DNA from: an uncultured Gammaproteobacteria bacterium
GTDB lineage: Bacteria; Patescibacteriota; Microgenomatia; Levybacterales; GWA1-39-11
DNA length: 64,000 bases
Assembly (NCBI GenBank): GCA_964409875.1
Contig: CAYPEN010000002.1
Span: 1,067 to 65,066, forward strand
Direction: 5' to 3'
Shown here: one piece after another, positions 8,906 through 18,347 of the stretch
How positions within the stretch are numbered: the stretch's first letter is position 1
Layout of the letters: each line of letters starts with the position of its first letter
Program-made: the position numbers and the translations under genes
Notes under the pieces: generated by a model
Seen by the model: only the letters and a program-made list of their open reading frames with translations
Database searches by the model: none
Told to the model about the DNA's origin: nothing

Positions 8906-9016
8906 GATTTATCCTTTCTGTTAGTTGGGCTTGTCCGAAGGCTTCGGACACGAGCACGGCTTCCGCCGCCGGACAATTTGCCGTTGTTATCCCTCGCTAT
9001 CGCGAGGCTGGTCGAG

Positions 9017-9466
9017 TCACGCTCGTCGGCGAGCGTGGGTAGGAAGCGCGATTCTGGGATGGCGAATGTAGCATTCGCAACCCGTGTGCATATCGCGCAG
9101 CGCAAAAGCGACGTGGGCCGTATAGACGGGCCCGTCCGCCTCGGGAAGGATGATGACCGGCTCGACACTTCCGGTCTTTTCAACCTCACCGTCTCGCGGG
9201 TCGCTTTTGGCTGTCCAGGAGAGACTTACGACGAGCTCACGCCCATTAAAGCCTATCTCCCGGATTTCTCCCCACAGGTCACCGATGCGCTTTGGGCGCC
9301 GAACCTGCAGGAGCATGCCGGAAAGTTCCCGGCACGCAACGAAGTCTGCCCAGGGTATCGCAGTGAACACATGTCCTCCTGTTATACCCCGCCTCACAAT
9401 TTCCGTATAAGAAACTCTGAGGCAAGGTAAACAGAAAGTGTTTTTGCACGTTCTGTTAAAGAGCAA
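9017..9466 (-). CDS. hypothetical protein (high-GC island)
   Basis: The most protein-like frame in this stretch. The start is uncertain. Confidence 0.25.
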   Translation of the reverse strand: MLFNRTCKNTFCLPCLRVSYTEIVRRGITGGHVFTAIPWADFVACRELSGMLLQVRRPKRIGDLWGEIREIGFNGRELVVSLSWTAKSDPRDGEVEKTGSVEPVIILPEADGPVYTAHVAFALRDMHTGCECYIRHPRIALPTHARRRA

Positions 9467-9790
9467 ATCGTGAGTCCGGCATGCTGTTGCCAGACAACAA
9501 CTTACTCAGCAATTATATCAAGTGTGAAGCTAATTTCAATACTATAAGTTAAAAACCGTGAAGTTAATTGCCACGCTTCAGCCTGTGTATAATTTATTAC
9601 ATAATTTTCATTGCGTTTACATAGCAGTTTGGTAATTCTGTTACATGTCTAGTCTTGATGGAGTTTATTTAGCTGAAGAACACCCCGTAGATGAGGCGTT
9701 GGGATGCATGGTTCCGATTGCTCTGGCGATAGCCGGGCTTTTATTTTTTTTAACGAAACTCATTGCTTTTTAAGTATATTTGCCTCCTAT

Positions 9791-9827
9791 TTTCAGAAAG
9801 TTTTAAATTAAAACTTTCGCATACAAT
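9791..9827. repeat. Hairpin-GCATACAAT element copy 1
   Basis: Palindrome gaaagtttt-aaattaaaactttc followed by gcatacaat. Related to 9888-9920 and 11568-11610. Confidence 0.55.
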
Positions 9828-9842
9828 AAGTTAAGAAGATTA

Positions 9843-9950
9843 GTGAAGCGACTGAATAGGAGCGGAACAAAAACTCTTTACCATTTTTCAGGAACTTTTT
9901 AAAAAAGTTCCGCATACAATTTTGAAAAGAGGTTTACATCCCTTTTTGTT
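9843..9950. repeat. Hairpin-GCATACAAT element copy 2 (longer unit gtgaagcgactgaataggagcgg...ggaactttttaaaaaagttccgcatacaat)
   Basis: About 80% identical to 11526-11640. Contains a perfect palindrome. Confidence 0.6.
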
Positions 9951-10215
9951 GAATGCCTAAAAGATAAAGAACTGCTTCTTTCTTATATCTTCTATCCCCT
10001 CGGGAGTTTATGCGGATAGCGGGTAACTTACCTCTTTTCCCCCATCTTTTAATGGTTAAGGGACTGACCCGCAATAATTCGGCAACTTCACGGACTGTTA
10101 GAAGGTCTGGGAGAGATTCGATTGATATATTTTGATTAGCCATTTTCTGCCTTAAATTAACACTATCACTATCAAATGTATATTCAGAGTAGCAAAGAAT
10201 ATCATACCTTGTCAA
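9934..10215 (-). CDS. excisionase-family helix-turn-helix DNA-binding protein
   Basis: LLTVREVAELLRVSPLTIKRWGKRGKLPAIRI matches the Xis/MerR-type HTH pattern. Confidence 0.65.
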   Translation of the reverse strand: MTRYDILCYSEYTFDSDSVNLRQKMANQNISIESLPDLLTVREVAELLRVSPLTIKRWGKRGKLPAIRINSRGDRRYKKEAVLYLLGIQQKGM

Positions 10216-10343
10216 TACCCTAAATTGACTAATTTAGTTTTGTCAAAGACTCTCTACGATATTCATGCCCTACACTATGACACAACCTGTGACAAAAATA
10301 AGAAACGCAGGAAATTTTTGAAAGATTTGAAAATTCCGAAAGT

Positions 10344-11228
10344 CTAAGAAAAACGCTCTCTTAGAACTGCATATGCAAATCTTGGCAACGCAAGTTGTCT
10401 TTTAATTCTCCACGGCTGCATTGCAAGTCGGAATGCCCACTCCATCCCCATATCTCTCATAAACTTTGGTGCTCGTCTCACTTTCCCCGATACATAATCA
10501 AAAGCACCCCCTACTCCCATAGCAACTGTTACATCGATACTATCAAGATTTTTTGCAATCCACTCCTCCTGCTTTGGCGCACCGAAGGCAACAAAAAGGA
10601 TATCTATATGGGGTCTGGTAAGGGGTGGCTCGACTGGGGGACCCCCATTGTCCACCCGCAACCCAAACGAAGCGCGTGGTGAGGATGACGAATGGGGGTG
10701 AGGAGAGACAGGACCCCAAACTTCATTCTTCCACTTTTCACCTACAAAAACTACTCTAAGCCCCGGGTACTTTTCACGCAAGCACTCCGAAGCCTTCTCT
10801 GCTACACCCCTACTACCCCCTAAAAAGCCTATGTTAATAGGACGATTTGATGCTACAGCACATATTTTTTCCATTAGATCGGTACCAGTTATTCGTCCTA
10901 TAATTTTCTTTTTGAGTATCCTACCGGCTATGAGTACACCTATCCCATCGGGAAGGCTGAGGGTAGCACCATTTAGAACGTCTTGGAACCTCTTTGAGCG
11001 TGTGCCTAACATCAAAATTTCGGGATTTGGTGTTACTATATAGAATTTTTTTGAAGGGTTTTCCAGTCTTTTGAAGATATACTCTAAGACTTCACTTTCG
11101 GAAGCTGTCGTTATATCGGTTCCTAATATTTTTACGGAAGGTAAATTTTTTCCCATACTATACACTTTTTCGATTCTTTTCGTATGATTTTTCAAAGCTC
11201 TCTGTTGTTCATTTTTTTTACCCCTCAA
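10344..11228 (-). CDS. WecB/TagA/CpsF-family glycosyltransferase carrying an in-frame GC-rich insertion
   Basis: Contains ILGTDI...IVTPNPE...DGIGV...ILFVAFGAPKQEEWI. The true start may be the internal MGKNLPSVKILG. The insertion lies at 10612-10720. Confidence 0.75.
   Translation of the reverse strand: MRGKKNEQQRALKNHTKRIEKVYSMGKNLPSVKILGTDITTASESEVLEYIFKRLENPSKKFYIVTPNPEILMLGTRSKRFQDVLNGATLSLPDGIGVLIAGRILKKKIIGRITGTDLMEKICAVASNRPINIGFLGGSRGVAEKASECLREKYPGLRVVFVGEKWKNEVWGPVSPHPHSSSSPRASFGLRVDNGGPPVEPPLTRPHIDILFVAFGAPKQEEWIAKNLDSIDVTVAMGVGGAFDYVSGKVRRAPKFMRDMGMEWAFRLAMQPWRIKRQLALPRFAYAVLRERFS
10612..10720. repeat. GC-rich element copy 2, in frame inside the glycosyltransferase CDS
   Basis: Encodes VWGPVSPHPHSSSSPRASFGLRVDNGGPPVEPPLTRPH, placed where TagA homologs have a short acidic helix. 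Confidence 0.6.
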
Positions 11229-11525
11229 TTTAGCCTATGAATTCAGTCTAAGTTGCTTTTTGCACTCTCCGGTAAAGTAAAGAGCAGAACAACTCTATAA
11301 TTTATAATATATGATATATCAAAATAGTGTTTTTATCAAAAATCGTGAAAATATTTGACATATTGATAATTTTTCACATTCCTACAAGATAAAACTCACA
11401 GATTTTGAATGTCTAATATTTATTTATTAAAGGTCGCTTGCTTTCCTACTAATTTCTTACGTTTCACTCTCCTTTCTCTTATGCTTCGATTTATTTTTTT
11501 GCCATTCAACTAATACTCATTTTTA

Positions 11526-11640
11526 GTGAAACGACTGCATAGGAGCGGAGCCAAGACTCTTTTCCTATTCTCTGGAAGTTTTTGAAATAAAACTTCCGCA
11601 TACAATCAAAAAAAGAGGCTTATTTATATACTCCTCTTTA
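11526..11640. repeat. Hairpin-GCATACAAT element copy 3
   Basis: Homologous to 9843-9950. With copy 2 it brackets the excisionase-family gene and the glycosyltransferase. Confidence 0.6.
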
Positions 11641-11751
11641 ATTTCCTATTGATAGATTTCTTAGCGCAGCCCAGAAATCTTCCCCTGACCTAGTATTCAT
11701 TCCTATTGATAGATTTCTTAGCGCAGCCAAGAAAAGCATATCTTAATATTC
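11639..11751. repeat. Two degenerate tandem duplications (about 60-bp period) of the mreB 3' end
   Basis: attcctattgatagatttcttagcgcagcc occurs twice and matches the mreB terminal codons attcctgttgatgcttttcttatac. Confidence 0.6.
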
Positions 11752-12762
11752 ATTCCTGTTGATGCTTTTCTTATACAGTTCCAAATTTTCCAATGCTACT
11801 CCCGTTCCCCGTGCAACACAGTAGAGAGGGTCTTCTGCAATATAAGCGGGCACACCGGTTTCTCGCGTTATGTATTTATCCATATTTCGAAGAAGCGTTG
11901 TTCCTCCGGAAAGAACGATACCTTTATCTATAATGTCTGAAGCCAACTCAGGCGGTGTCATTTCGAAGGTTTCACGGATTGCACCAATCATTGCCTTCAA
12001 AACAGGCTGTATTGCTTCATTTATCTCAAATTCGTTGACCTCAACAGAACGTGGAAGACCTGACACACTATCCCTTCCCTTAACTTCCATCTTTTTTGTC
12101 GAAGTTGAAGCTGGGATAGCGTTTGCCATACTGACCTTTATTTCCTCTGCCGTCTGCTCCCCCACCATAAGATTGAACTTTTTCTTAATGTACGTGCCTA
12201 TCGACTCTTCCAATTTATCCCCTGCCACCCGGATAGACTTGTGGACCACAACTCCACCTAAGGAAATGACGGCAACATCGCTCGTCCCACCCCCCGAGTC
12301 CAAAATCATATGCCCGTTAGGTTGAGCGATTGGGATTTTTGCCCCGATTGCTGCAGCCAATGGCTCTTCAATGAGGTACACGGAACGCGCACCAGCAGCC
12401 ATCGTTGCGTCTAAAACCGCTCTTTTTTCTACTTGAGTAATACCAGACGGAATGCATACCATAACCTCCGGCTTCAAAAATCGGCTCTTTCCGGATACTT
12501 TTTCGATGAAATATGAAAGCATCGCCTCCGTTATGACATAATCGGCAATAACTCCGTCTTTTAAGGGCCGTGTTGCTACAATATTGCCGGGTGTGCGACC
12601 CAACATCTCTTTTGCTTCACTTCCAACTGCTACCACCTTGTTGTCATCTGCCCTTACGGCAACAACCGTTGGCTCATTGAGAACCACACCTTTCCCCCCT
12701 AAATATACCAGTGTATTTGCTGTTCCCAAATCGATACCGATGCGTTTGTTAAATATGCTCAT
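11743..12762 (-). CDS. mreB: rod-shape-determining protein MreB
   Basis: MSIFNKRIGIDLGTANTLVY... is actin-like ATPase sequence along its full length. Confidence 0.95.
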   Translation of the reverse strand: MSIFNKRIGIDLGTANTLVYLGGKGVVLNEPTVVAVRADDNKVVAVGSEAKEMLGRTPGNIVATRPLKDGVIADYVITEAMLSYFIEKVSGKSRFLKPEVMVCIPSGITQVEKRAVLDATMAAGARSVYLIEEPLAAAIGAKIPIAQPNGHMILDSGGGTSDVAVISLGGVVVHKSIRVAGDKLEESIGTYIKKKFNLMVGEQTAEEIKVSMANAIPASTSTKKMEVKGRDSVSGLPRSVEVNEFEINEAIQPVLKAMIGAIRETFEMTPPELASDIIDKGIVLSGGTTLLRNMDKYITRETGVPAYIAEDPLYCVARGTGVALENLELYKKSINRNEY

Positions 12763-12913
12763 TTTTTATATATCACACTATACAATTTCTGCATCATTTG
12801 CAGCTGCTATATCCAATATACCTTATTTCTCTTGAAATTAACAGTCATGCGTCACGCTTCTTCTTGCACTTGACCCAAAAAGTGTATAATGAGTAAGAAC
12901 GAAAGGAATTTCT

Positions 12914-14113
12914 ATGCCCAAAAAGACACTTTTTACTACAGTTATTGTACTTCTTCTCGTAAGTCTTGTTGCCTATGCTTTTATTCTATATGGCAAAGGC
13001 TATCGCCTCAATTTATCCGGTAAAGGAAGCAAGATACTTGCAGGTACCGGGCTTCTCGTTCTGACAAGTACGCCAAATGGGGCTCGCGTGTATCTTAATG
13101 ACAATTTCACAACCGCAACGGACGACACGATAAATTTACCGCCCGGTGACTATGACGTTCGAATAGAAAAAGACGGATATTATCCTTGGAAAAAGCATGT
13201 CGTACTCAAAAATGAGGCTGTTACAAAAACGGATGCGGTTCTTTTCCCCGTTGTTCCTAAGCTTGAAGGCGTTACTCTTCTTGGGGCAGAACAACCATTG
13301 GTAGATAAAACCGGAAGTTTTGTGGCCTATAAAGTAAGCTCTTCTTCTGCTGAGAACAACGGCATTTATATTCTTAACATCAATAGGCCTATCATTTCGT
13401 TTGGAAGCTCTTCAAAGCAGATTGCAAGTGATAAGGTTGATAATTTCTCAAAAGCAACAATGGAATTTTCCCCCGATGGACTTGCGCTTCTTGCAACAAT
13501 TCCTGCCCCTGCAGGAGACAGGATTTATCTCTTAAAAACAGATATGCTCAATACGGAACCTCAAAATGTAACATTTACTATCGAACAGGTTAAAAAACAA
13601 TGGGAACTTATGCAACAGCAGTTGGACAAGAAATTCATAACAAGCCTCCCGCAGGCAACACGTACATTCGTACAGGAAAACTTTTCAGAACCACAACTCT
13701 CTCCTGAGGGCGACAAAATTCTTTATATTGCTTCACAAAGCGCTACAATGCCCCACTTCATAAATCCTCCTCTTCCCTCAACAAACTCAACAGTTGAAAC
13801 AAGAAATCTAGTAAAAGGATATGCATACGTCTATCAAATAAAAGAAGACAAAAACTACCTTCTGTATGCTTTAAGTGATGGCGGACAATTACCTCATTTC
13901 ATATGGCACCCCTCTTCTGCGCACTTAGTGTTCATTGAGAACAAAAGGATAGTTTCGATGGAATATGACGGTGGTAATAAAACTACGCTGTATGCAGGTC
14001 CATTTGACCCCTCTTTTCTCTATACATGGCCTGATGGCTCAGGACTTATTATACTTACCAACTTTAACGATGAAACAGTACCTCCCAATTTGTACCGCGT
14101 AGGCCTCAGATAA
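12914..14113 (+). CDS. N-anchored PEGA-domain protein with beta-propeller-like C-terminal region
   Basis: N-terminal TM segment. PEGA-like NGARVYLNDNFTTATDDTINLPPGDYDVRIEKDGY. SD gaaagga upstream. Confidence 0.65.
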   Translation: MPKKTLFTTVIVLLLVSLVAYAFILYGKGYRLNLSGKGSKILAGTGLLVLTSTPNGARVYLNDNFTTATDDTINLPPGDYDVRIEKDGYYPWKKHVVLKNEAVTKTDAVLFPVVPKLEGVTLLGAEQPLVDKTGSFVAYKVSSSSAENNGIYILNINRPIISFGSSSKQIASDKVDNFSKATMEFSPDGLALLATIPAPAGDRIYLLKTDMLNTEPQNVTFTIEQVKKQWELMQQQLDKKFITSLPQATRTFVQENFSEPQLSPEGDKILYIASQSATMPHFINPPLPSTNSTVETRNLVKGYAYVYQIKEDKNYLLYALSDGGQLPHFIWHPSSAHLVFIENKRIVSMEYDGGNKTTLYAGPFDPSFLYTWPDGSGLIILTNFNDETVPPNLYRVGLR

Positions 14114-14234
14114 ATTATTGCTAATAGTCAATAGTCGATAGCTAATAGTCAAAACTATTATTTCAAATTATTCATTTAACTTAATGCTTCCCACTACTAG
14201 CTTTTTGCTCTTAACTATTAGTTTTTAAGTTAAT

Positions 14235-14266
14235 CCGGGGCGCTGAGTTGTGCTCAAACGCCCCGG
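14235..14266. terminator. GC hairpin ccggggcg...cgccccgg
   Basis: 8-bp GC stem downstream of the minus-strand operon. It is the left boundary of a high-GC island. Confidence 0.5.
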
Positions 14267-14282
14267 AAGGAACAGGTCAGTG

Positions 14283-14699
14283 CTAGCCGTGGCCCTGAAG
14301 GAGGACCTCGTTTTGCATAGCTGCGGCAAAGGCCGGAGTCAGCTGGTCAGGACGGATGTCCACGGGTTCACCCGGATGGTGAACCTCTCCATGCAGCTGA
14401 AGATCCGAACGAAGCCTTGCAAGATCAGCCACAGGCAAACCGAGTGCCGTGGCCGTTTTGGCGTCTTGCCTCTCTCGCGCCCTGCGCTCTCGGCCGTTCA
14501 CCCAGCGGTGAAGCTGGAAGAGCAAAACCTCCGCCTCCCTGAGCTTTTCAGGCTCAAATTGGAGAAGGATTTCGCCTTCCCCGCCGGCCTGCTTGAGCTC
14601 ATCGTTCTCGACTCGGGTCCGAAAACCCTCGTCGCTGTAGATGCGAGCCAGCTGTAGGGCCAGCTCAAGGACGTCTTTGTCAGGAATAATATCAGTCAC
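14283..14699 (-). CDS. hypothetical protein (138 aa, GTG start), high-GC island
   Basis: SD aaggaagagg upstream of the GTG. Confidence 0.45.
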   Translation of the reverse strand: MTDIIPDKDVLELALQLARIYSDEGFRTRVENDELKQAGGEGEILLQFEPEKLREAEVLLFQLHRWVNGRERRARERQDAKTATALGLPVADLARLRSDLQLHGEVHHPGEPVDIRPDQLTPAFAAAMQNEVLLQGHG

Positions 14700-14744
14700 T
14701 CTGCCTCTTCCTTACTGGTGGAAGAACCGGAAGCCGTAGTCGGC

Positions 14745-15065
14745 TTAGTGTTCTTCCATGAGCTGCCGGTCGAGCCGGATTTGCTGCGCCACCCTTCTCT
14801 CGTGCCGTCCTTTTTCAAGAGCACAAACAGCTCCCTCAATGAAGCTCACCACGAAATAAAGGAGAAGTGCCCAAAGGGCTCCTGCCGTAACCCAGAGGAT
14901 TGCGGACGGAAACACAGCCCCACCACTGATAAAAACGCCCGATGTGGCGAGTTGTGGCAGGGTCATCCACCTGATGGTTTTCTGGCCAAGCTTGTAAGCC
15001 TGCCATACTCCCACGAGTGGCAAGGAGAGCACGAAGAGCATCTCCCAGAACGCAAGTTCGCTCAT
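14745..15065 (-). CDS. hypothetical membrane protein (106 aa)
   Basis: Three hydrophobic helices. SD aaaaggaaac upstream. Confidence 0.45.
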   Translation of the reverse strand: MSELAFWEMLFVLSLPLVGVWQAYKLGQKTIRWMTLPQLATSGVFISGGAVFPSAILWVTAGALWALLLYFVVSFIEGAVCALEKGRHERRVAQQIRLDRQLMEEH

Positions 15066-15547
15066 CTTGTTGTTTCCTTTTCGAAGCTGAGGCGCTCAGC
15101 CGTTTCGGGCTGGGTGCCAACGTAGATGGTCATCTTTCCTTGGTAGGAAGGATATGTCTTGACGATGTCCTGAGCGATGGTTGCCGCTTCGGTTTTTACT
15201 TCGAGGGCGCTTTTGAAAGGCGTCACCTCATTGTGTTGATACAGAACTTCCTTGACTTGTTCATAGAACATGTCGAGGGTTTGTGGGGCCACGAACAAAG
15301 CGGGGTCTACACACGCGGTGAAAACCAACCCGGTAACGGTGACATTCTTCCCGTTCCCGCCTGTAACGGTAAAATGAGCATGTTGCAGCTCTTTTTTTAC
15401 CGGTGACAGTTTCTTGCACGACGTAAGTGGCGTGCCGACGGCGATGTACGAGGCCTTTGGAGAACTCGTACTGTGGTCTACGGAGTAGGCCAGGACGACG
15501 GCGCATAACGCCAAAATAATGATGCTGATTGAGATGCGGGGTCCCAT
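15062..15547 (-). CDS. hypothetical secreted protein (161 aa)
   Basis: Start at MGPRISISIIILALCAVVLAYS (signal peptide) with SD gggagaggaaga upstream. Confidence 0.45.
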   Translation of the reverse strand: MGPRISISIIILALCAVVLAYSVDHSTSSPKASYIAVGTPLTSCKKLSPVKKELQHAHFTVTGGNGKNVTVTGLVFTACVDPALFVAPQTLDMFYEQVKEVLYQHNEVTPFKSALEVKTEAATIAQDIVKTYPSYQGKMTIYVGTQPETAERLSFEKETTR

Positions 15548-15816
15548 GTCTTCCTCTCCCTGGAAGTGTCTGGTGCAGGGCATTTCTGTCCTGCGGGTTC
15601 GGATACTGACCTGTTGTTAATGTGCGTGAGCGCAAAACGCGCGCCCAGCATGCAAAAAAACACCAGGCGGCGCAATGCGCCAAACATCAAATTATATCAA
15701 AAAACACAATCCATTTCAAATACTACGGGATAGTATTTGAGGCTGACATATGCACTTGTAAGTTGAATAAAAATACTAAATACTAAAGGTACAACCGTTT
15801 TTAACGGCTTTATTCT

Positions 15817-16695
15817 ATGTGGGAAAAAAAGCACATTAAAAGAATTCAGGTAATTGCCATCTGCGTCATTTTTGCGTTAGTGTTATCGGTAAGACTTCAA
15901 GCAGTTACCCTTTACCCTAAATTCTCAAAAAGTGGTGACAGCGTTGTAACGGCTACTGTCGGTCAGTTTCATATTACTGTTTCAGGCTACCAGTCCCCCT
16001 ATGCCTCCATCATATTAAAAACACAAAACGGAACATTCCTCGCCTCCACAACTGCTGATGCAAAAGGGTATTTTTCTATATCAAACATACTTATTAATAG
16101 CTCAAATTTGCAGTATTGTTTTCAAGCAGTGGACTTTAAGAGGATTGGAGAATCTGATTCATGTATTACCATTACAGGAACTATTAATAAAGATTTAACG
16201 TATTCGGACATATTTCTGCCTCCGACCATAGGACTTTCCAAAAAACAAATTAATGCGGGTCAAGATGGGGTAATTTTCGGGTACTCAATGCCGGGGGCAA
16301 CTGTTTCACTCGATATTGAAGGAAAAATTGTGACGGTTACAGCCGACAGCACCGGGTATTATACCTATACATATAAAAATGTTCCTGAAGGAGTATTCCG
16401 GATTTCCGCTTCAGCAGAGCTTTCAAGCAAAAAGTCACTCGCGCCTACCAACGATGTTGTTCTTGAATCACTTTCAGTACCCCAACAGATAACGGAAACC
16501 GGCAAGAAAGTTGTTCAAAAAATTGAGAAGAAAGTTCCGTTTGATTTCTTTCCTTTCCTTCTTATCGCGCTTGCCTTCCTGGTTGCGATAGGAATTCTCC
16601 TCTATAAATTAAGGTTCAAAGTATGGGTTATATTTATTGATTTTATTAGGCGCAGAAAAAAGATGCATCATGACTGGTTCCTTGATAGATGGTAA
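15817..16695 (+). CDS. surface protein with signal peptide and C-terminal TM anchor
   Basis: Signal peptide, beta-rich middle region, C-terminal hydrophobic helix followed by basic residues. Confidence 0.6.
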   Translation: MWEKKHIKRIQVIAICVIFALVLSVRLQAVTLYPKFSKSGDSVVTATVGQFHITVSGYQSPYASIILKTQNGTFLASTTADAKGYFSISNILINSSNLQYCFQAVDFKRIGESDSCITITGTINKDLTYSDIFLPPTIGLSKKQINAGQDGVIFGYSMPGATVSLDIEGKIVTVTADSTGYYTYTYKNVPEGVFRISASAELSSKKSLAPTNDVVLESLSVPQQITETGKKVVQKIEKKVPFDFFPFLLIALAFLVAIGILLYKLRFKVWVIFIDFIRRRKKMHHDWFLDRW

Positions 16696-16784
16696 TATCC
16701 GTGAAAAATCGTGAAAAATGTGATGTAGGCTCTTGACATATACATACCTTTCTGTTTCTAATAGTAATAGCATTTAGATAAAAT

Positions 16785-18248
16785 ATGCACTTATTGTATT
16801 CAATTAGCCTCAAAAAGCTAGCACTTATTAGCGGTGTTTTTGTCGTATTGTGCATATTGTCAACTCGAATAACCCATGCAGCTTCTCTTTCTTCTGCTTC
16901 CGCAACACTTACTACTTCCCGTCCCTCTGCCTCCTCCCCGGTAAGCGCAGATGCAGCATCAGGCGTGGGCCAACTCTCAATTTTTAATAACGGCTCACGG
17001 TATTTGGCTTCCGATTCAGCCCAAATTGTGAGAGGTACGGGAATTATTAGCAATAACCCGCTAAGAATCGCTTCACAATCCGCAGCACTAACAACCGTCT
17101 ATATTTCAGGAACGCTAGGAACGGCTGCAGGAGCCGGCGCTGATGTATTGTATGTTCCTATTACTGCAATGCACACGGTAGGATTCACTGCAAATACTAC
17201 CATTCCAAGCAGCGGTAAAATTGTTATTACTTATCCCGGAACATTTACAAATAGCGCTTCGCCTTCTGCTTCTACATTTGCATTCAACGGACTTACGACA
17301 GGGAATGTAAAGTCATTCCCTGCTTCTGCCTGCAATTCTGTTTCGATTTCCTCAAGCGGCGCGCCTACAATTACCTGTACGACAAACGCAGTTCAAACTG
17401 CAGGAACCAACATACAAATTTATATCGGTTGTTCTGCTGTCGGTGGCTCTGGAGGCTGCACTACACAGGTTCCGACGTTAATCAATCCGACAAAGGCAGC
17501 AACTGCTGGTACTGCTGACATATGGAAAATCGGAGTCCAAACACAAGATGCATCTTCCGTCACCCTGGATAATTCAACGGTTGCAATAGGAACGGTCGAG
17601 TCGGTAACCGTACGTGCTACTATCGACCCGAGCCTTACATTCAGTATCGCTGGCATCAATTCGGGTGTCGCAGTAAACAACGGGAATGGAGGCTGTAGTG
17701 AGTCAGAACTCACTAATAGCGGCATCAACTCTTCAGCCACAGAGGTAGGTCTTGGCGTATTGTCAATTGCCCCCGCGGTTAATACAAAACTCAATAATAT
17801 AGCAGCCCAATTGTTAACAGTAACGACAAATGGAGCCAACGGATACTCAATCACCGCAACCTCCCCTGCTTCACTTATCAATCCAAGCACAGGATTCTTC
17901 CTCAACTCCAACACTACGCCACAGCTATTCCCTGCAACCGGACATTTCTTCGGCCTGCACGCATGTGGAGTTGACGCAGACTATTTGAGCACTAAATGGA
18001 CATCAACTACCAGTGACACTAACTGTAACTCGTATATAACAGGCTCTGCAGGAAATGTATGTAAGTATGGATGGCCGACTGCAACAACGCCCTTTGTTAT
18101 CGCACAAGACACCTCAGGTCCTATCGGGAACGGAGTACCTACAGGAAACGGGTTAACGTCAATATCATACGCCGCGACACAGGATGTGACGCTGCCACCT
18201 GGACAATATCAGACGGTTATAACGTACGTTGCGACACCGTCGTTCTAA
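16785..18248 (+). CDS. secreted Thr/Ser/Gly/Ala-rich surface protein (487 aa), paralog of 19411..20871
   Basis: Signal peptide. About 50% identical to the 19411..20871 product. Extreme C-terminus PGQYQTVITYVATPSF. Confidence 0.7.
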   Translation: MHLLYSISLKKLALISGVFVVLCILSTRITHAASLSSASATLTTSRPSASSPVSADAASGVGQLSIFNNGSRYLASDSAQIVRGTGIISNNPLRIASQSAALTTVYISGTLGTAAGAGADVLYVPITAMHTVGFTANTTIPSSGKIVITYPGTFTNSASPSASTFAFNGLTTGNVKSFPASACNSVSISSSGAPTITCTTNAVQTAGTNIQIYIGCSAVGGSGGCTTQVPTLINPTKAATAGTADIWKIGVQTQDASSVTLDNSTVAIGTVESVTVRATIDPSLTFSIAGINSGVAVNNGNGGCSESELTNSGINSSATEVGLGVLSIAPAVNTKLNNIAAQLLTVTTNGANGYSITATSPASLINPSTGFFLNSNTTPQLFPATGHFFGLHACGVDADYLSTKWTSTTSDTNCNSYITGSAGNVCKYGWPTATTPFVIAQDTSGPIGNGVPTGNGLTSISYAATQDVTLPPGQYQTVITYVATPSF

Positions 18249-18347
18249 TAGCTAATAGTCGATAGACAATAGGTAATAGAAAGAGCTAGTTTGAGTTATT
18301 GAACCAATTTAGCTATTAGCTATAAACTATTAACTATAAATTAAATT

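Noticed and set aside
8391-9430. Plus-strand ORFs 8391..8924 and 8798..9430, and likewise 14718..15125, 15017..15406, 3..233, 179..550 and 547..936
   Set aside because: These lie in high-GC islands and give Arg/Ser/Pro-rich translations typical of off-frame reading. The opposite-strand genes have SD sites and protein-like composition.
11639-11760. CRISPR array
   Set aside because: Only 2-3 irregular, degenerate copies of about 60 bp, which derive from the mreB 3' end. There are no regularly spaced unique spacers anywhere in the window.
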